Source: Candidatus Kapaibacterium sp. (GTDB lineage: Bacteria; Bacteroidota; Ignavibacteria; Kapaibacteriales; UBA4661). Taken from it: a DNA stretch of 64,000 nucleotides. Position numbers and translations under genes: made by a program. The notes below the pieces were generated by a model, which made no database searches, was not told the DNA's origin, and worked only from the letters and a program-made list of their open reading frames with translations. Below are positions 60,388 through 64,000 of this stretch, in pieces. The stretch lies in NCBI GenBank assembly GCA_036847245.1, contig DAIUAL010000001.1, forward strand, positions 4,037-68,036. Reading direction: 5' to 3'. Position 1 is the stretch's first letter. Every line of letters starts with the position of its first letter.

Positions 60388-61758
60388 ATGGTTGATTGTA
60401 TTGTCCTCGGTGGTGGTTTTGCCGGTGCGAGAGCTGCACAAATGCTCGCTGAAAAAAAATATAGAGTCTTGTTGATAGAGGCCCGTTCTGCGTTAGGTGG
60501 GCGTGTAACAGACATTGTTGATCGCACCACTAACGAAACAATCGACAATGGTCAACATGTTATGATGGGGTGCTACACATCGGCACTGAGTTTAGCAGAA
60601 ACGCTTGGTACACGACATATTTTACAGACACAAAATGCATTACGTGTGCAGTTTCGCGAGCGAAGTGGTGTTGATCTACTCGATGCAGGTGGGTTTATGC
60701 AATTGTTATCCCGTACTCTGGGTGTTGCTTCTGGCATGCTGCGCTTACAGGGTATCTCATTGCAGGAAAAATTCCATTTGATCATGTTCGCCACTCGACT
60801 ACGAGTGGGCTTGGTAGATGCCGACGGTTTGACTTGTTATGAATTGCTGCGCCGCTATCATCAAAGTGATCGATTGATCACACGGTTGTGGGAGCCAATT
60901 ATTCTTGCAACGCTGAATACTTCGGTCAAAACTGCCTCAGCAAATCTTCTTATGACTGTCCTGCGATTAGCATTTTTTGCTGGAGGTACAGCATCCCAAA
61001 TGCTGCTACCTAATCGTAGTTTAGGAAATTTACTTTCTCCGCTGCCGCAATGGCTTAGTAAAAGAGGCGGTAAAGTATTGTTTTCAACAAAAGCAACAGG
61101 AATTGCCCATTATCAAACTACTGATGACCTTGTTTTTTCTGTGGAAACGAATGTAGGCAATACATATCATGCACGATCTGTTATCTGCGCTCTGCCGTCG
61201 TATGCAGCAAAGCAAGTACTTCCCGGAGAAGTGCTTACTTCCTCGGCACAGGAGTGGTTACGGAGGGTTACATATTCTCCCATTGTGTCGGTCTATTTAT
61301 GGTTGGATCAGAATATTATAACAGAAGATTTTTCTGCCTTACTGGGTACAACAGTACAGTGGCTCTTTAATCGAAGAGTACTGTGCGAAACACATCCGGT
61401 CGCACGATTTCATTATCCTGGACATATTGCATTGACAATCAGTGCTGCTCATGATATTGCCATGAGCAAGCATGAAGAAATTATTGCATTGTGCATGGAG
61501 GAGCTTCGATCGGTGTATCCGAAATTCCATACAGTAAATCTCTTACATAGTCGAGTAGTGATTGAGCGTATGGCAACGCCGATGCTGATACCACAGATGG
61601 ACGCAACACGTCCATCTGCAAAGACTCTTCAGGATGGTTTATATCTTGCCGGTGATTACACTGCAACAGGTTTACCCGCAACAATCGAGAGTGCAGCACG
61701 AAGCGGAGAAATTGCTGCCCGCGAGGTAGAACACTTTCTTGCATGTAATGAACGATAA
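60388..61758 (+). CDS. FAD-dependent oxidoreductase, amine-oxidase/desaturase superfamily (HpnE-like)
   Basis: N-terminal dinucleotide fold VDCIVLGGGFAGARAAQMLAEKKYRVLLIEARSALGGRV plus …DNGQHVMMGCY… are typical of HpnE/squalene-associated desaturase-like enzymes. Confidence 0.6.
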   Translation: MVDCIVLGGGFAGARAAQMLAEKKYRVLLIEARSALGGRVTDIVDRTTNETIDNGQHVMMGCYTSALSLAETLGTRHILQTQNALRVQFRERSGVDLLDAGGFMQLLSRTLGVASGMLRLQGISLQEKFHLIMFATRLRVGLVDADGLTCYELLRRYHQSDRLITRLWEPIILATLNTSVKTASANLLMTVLRLAFFAGGTASQMLLPNRSLGNLLSPLPQWLSKRGGKVLFSTKATGIAHYQTTDDLVFSVETNVGNTYHARSVICALPSYAAKQVLPGEVLTSSAQEWLRRVTYSPIVSVYLWLDQNIITEDFSALLGTTVQWLFNRRVLCETHPVARFHYPGHIALTISAAHDIAMSKHEEIIALCMEELRSVYPKFHTVNLLHSRVVIERMATPMLIPQMDATRPSAKTLQDGLYLAGDYTATGLPATIESAARSGEIAAREVEHFLACNER

Positions 61759-64000
61759 CTATTTCACTACAACAAAAAGCTGTGTGCTTGTATGCGTGCC
61801 AATAGTCATTCGCCATACATAGACACCTTGTAACAATTGCGATGATGGTATTTCTGCATGATAGTGATAAAGCAGTGAGTCGCTCCGCTCAAGGACTATG
61901 CGCGGTTGCGCAACAACATGTCCTTGCATTGAGAAAATCTGTGCGGTAGGTGGTGGAAGCATGGCAAGGTCAAATGAATTGCCCGATAATTCTATGTCTG
62001 CCATGATCGATTCGTCCCTATGAGTAATCGGATTTGGATAAATATTTGACTGACCAATCCGAATATTACCACGTTGAGTTGAAAGAGAAGAAATAATGGC
62101 TGTACAGCGTGAAGTGCCTGATAATTGCGTACCAATACCTTGTCCTCTAATGGGAATACGAAATGCACCGCATTCCCGTGAAATCCACACAGTATCGACT
62201 ATTGCTTGGTTTGAGCGTGGTGCAAAGCAAATACTCATTGTACGCTCTTGAAGGGGTGGAATCATCAAAGGAAACTGACCCAAGGGCGTAGAGAATTCGA
62301 TGTTTGTTGACAAAAAAGTTCGTTGAATATAGAATGTATCCATCGGATGAGTATTACGGATACGAACATCGCGGCATCGCAGTGCTCCAAATGCAACGGA
62401 GTCAAATCGAATACTCCCACCGCTGACGGTTTCGACAATTTGTAATTGTCTTCCACCTTCGAAAAAACCGACTTCTATAGGTGCCGATACTGTCGAGCAG
62501 TCGTTCGCATCAGTAACACGAACGGTGAAAATACCATTGCTCCGTACAATAAGAGTTGGCGTTGTTGCTCCATTTGACCAAAGATAGCGTGTAAAACCCG
62601 GTGTTGCTGTCAGAATAATGCTGTCCCCACGGCAGGCTTGTTGAGCATTGGCAGTAATACTTACTTGAGGCAAAGGTAAAATAGTAATCGATAAAGATGA
62701 AGAACTCATGCATCCACGTATGTTTTGTACACGAGCAGTATAGGTGCCGGTGGTATTTGCTATATAAAGAGCTTCTTGCTGTGGCGATATAATGGTGGTG
62801 GTTGAGAGGACTCGACCATCAAGAAGCCATGTTACTGTTAGGGGGAAAAGAGTTCCATTGGTATTATTGGTAAAGCGAGATGACAGTGTGATACCGGAAC
62901 CAAAACAAGTACGCAGTTGAGATTGCGATGACGTCAATTCAATGCGAGAAAGGGGAGTAACAGTAATTGTTACTGCTTGTGATGTACGACGACAATTCCC
63001 TTGTTCGGTAATAGTAACAGTATATGTGCCTGCTTGGCGAATGATAATCGATTGAGTTGTGGCACCATTTGACCATTGATAGCGAAGTGGTAGAGTACCA
63101 AGAGGTGCGGGGGCTTGAAGTATGGTGCTATCCCCTTCACAGAGTTGTGTGCCACCGATAACTGTGATGATCGGTTCGGGTAATTGCGAAGTTTTGTATA
63201 CGCCTTGCCCCACGACAAATCCTATGGTATCATTGACGAACCAAATGTCATCGAGATCAGCATCGGGGGCAATGCCACAATTACGGTATTCCCATGAGAT
63301 ACCGGCATTGGTTGTATAAACGACAGACCCACCCGAACCGGCTCCCCAACCTCGTGCACTATCAATCACAAATGCACCATACATGGGTTTACCTGTTGAA
63401 AATTTACGCCAGGTACGACCTGTGTCCGAGCTACACCACATGCCGCCATCATCAAGTGAGCCACTGCACGAAGTTGGTCCACCTGAGTATGGAATAATAA
63501 ATGTACCCCGTCGGTAAGCCATTTCTTCTTGCCATGAGCGTTCGCCCAAGTCAGAAAATGGTCGCCATGTCCTTCCTGTATCAAGCGTACGCCATACTAT
63601 GCCACTGGATTGAGCATATCCCAGTCCCGGCGTCAGAGGTGCAGGGTAGCCGAGCGTGTTTGTAATGACGGCATCACTTAAACCTGAGCCACTAACACTA
63701 CCCTCGAATAGCGTCCATGAGGAGCCGCCATTGGTTGTTCGCCAAAATTGTTGTTCCAAACCACATCCACTTCCCATAAAGATCCCAATATCACGGGTAA
63801 GGAAAAAGCATCCCCACAAACTATATGGTGTCGGAGGCATAATATCACGCCATGTGCGACCACCATCAATAGATTTGAAAATACCTGCTGGACCAGATGT
63901 ATAACCTACTAAACTATCAACGAATTGTATGCTTTCAAGCATTCCTCGTCGTAATGGATCCGCATCAATTGTAACACCTTGCCATGTTTCTCCTCCGTCC
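61759..64000 (-). CDS. secreted BNR/Ig-like repeat protein with T9SS C-terminal sorting domain (5' end beyond window)
   Basis: Frame is open to the window end, so this is a partial gene. Multiple SxDxGxTW BNR motifs (…DGGRTW…, …DTGRTW…, DGGETW at the window edge). Ig-like repeats. C-terminal …LLQGVYVWRMTIGTHTSTQLFVVVK is a T9SS CTD. Confidence 0.75.
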   Translation of the reverse strand, partial: DGGETWQGVTIDADPLRRGMLESIQFVDSLVGYTSGPAGIFKSIDGGRTWRDIMPPTPYSLWGCFFLTRDIGIFMGSGCGLEQQFWRTTNGGSSWTLFEGSVSGSGLSDAVITNTLGYPAPLTPGLGYAQSSGIVWRTLDTGRTWRPFSDLGERSWQEEMAYRRGTFIIPYSGGPTSCSGSLDDGGMWCSSDTGRTWRKFSTGKPMYGAFVIDSARGWGAGSGGSVVYTTNAGISWEYRNCGIAPDADLDDIWFVNDTIGFVVGQGVYKTSQLPEPIITVIGGTQLCEGDSTILQAPAPLGTLPLRYQWSNGATTQSIIIRQAGTYTVTITEQGNCRRTSQAVTITVTPLSRIELTSSQSQLRTCFGSGITLSSRFTNNTNGTLFPLTVTWLLDGRVLSTTTIISPQQEALYIANTTGTYTARVQNIRGCMSSSSLSITILPLPQVSITANAQQACRGDSIILTATPGFTRYLWSNGATTPTLIVRSNGIFTVRVTDANDCSTVSAPIEVGFFEGGRQLQIVETVSGGSIRFDSVAFGALRCRDVRIRNTHPMDTFYIQRTFLSTNIEFSTPLGQFPLMIPPLQERTMSICFAPRSNQAIVDTVWISRECGAFRIPIRGQGIGTQLSGTSRCTAIISSLSTQRGNIRIGQSNIYPNPITHRDESIMADIELSGNSFDLAMLPPPTAQIFSMQGHVVAQPRIVLERSDSLLYHYHAEIPSSQLLQGVYVWRMTIGTHTSTQLFVVVK

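Overview
Origin and overall layout. This is a 64 kb chromosomal segment that looks like it comes from a Bacteroidota/FCB-group bacterium. The evidence is a type IX secretion (T9SS) C-terminal-domain cargo protein, a PorQ-like outer-membrane barrel, and a Y_Y_Y 'two-component regulator propeller' sensor kinase. GC content is moderate and the sequence is densely coding on both strands. No transposase, integrase or CRISPR array is visible.

Housekeeping genes. These include a remnant murD next to an FtsW/RodA-family gene, kdsB, gatC, phoH, parA-parB, thyX, two tandem tatA-family genes, gatA, a nif3 plus zinc-ribbon pair, an Lrp/AsnC regulator and an aldehyde dehydrogenase.

Less ordinary modules interleaved with them:
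- A co-directional four-gene block on the minus strand (21411..29764). It runs from a TPR-TM-GAF sensor, translationally coupled to a GAF class III nucleotidyl cyclase, to a 1178-aa internally triplicated [GT2 - linker - TPR] protein, and ends with yraN.
- Three tandem paralogous multi-TM/PAS histidine kinases with no response regulator anywhere in the window (53508..60325).
- A conserved ~825-codon zinc metalloprotease gene interrupted by a single in-frame TAG (42101..42103).
- A ~165-nt tRNA-like/structured RNA candidate in the 450-bp gap upstream of the aldehyde dehydrogenase gene.
- A tandem pair of small two-TM coiled-coil paralogs.
- A stand-alone MetH reactivation domain.
- A K+-channel homolog with a non-canonical selectivity filter (TIGFSE).
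- An isolated crtW-type carotenoid ketolase, and an HpnE-like FAD oxidoreductase.
- Several short tandem and inverted repeats in promoter and intergenic regions.

Method. All functional calls are inferences from motifs I could read in the translated ORFs. No database search was run.
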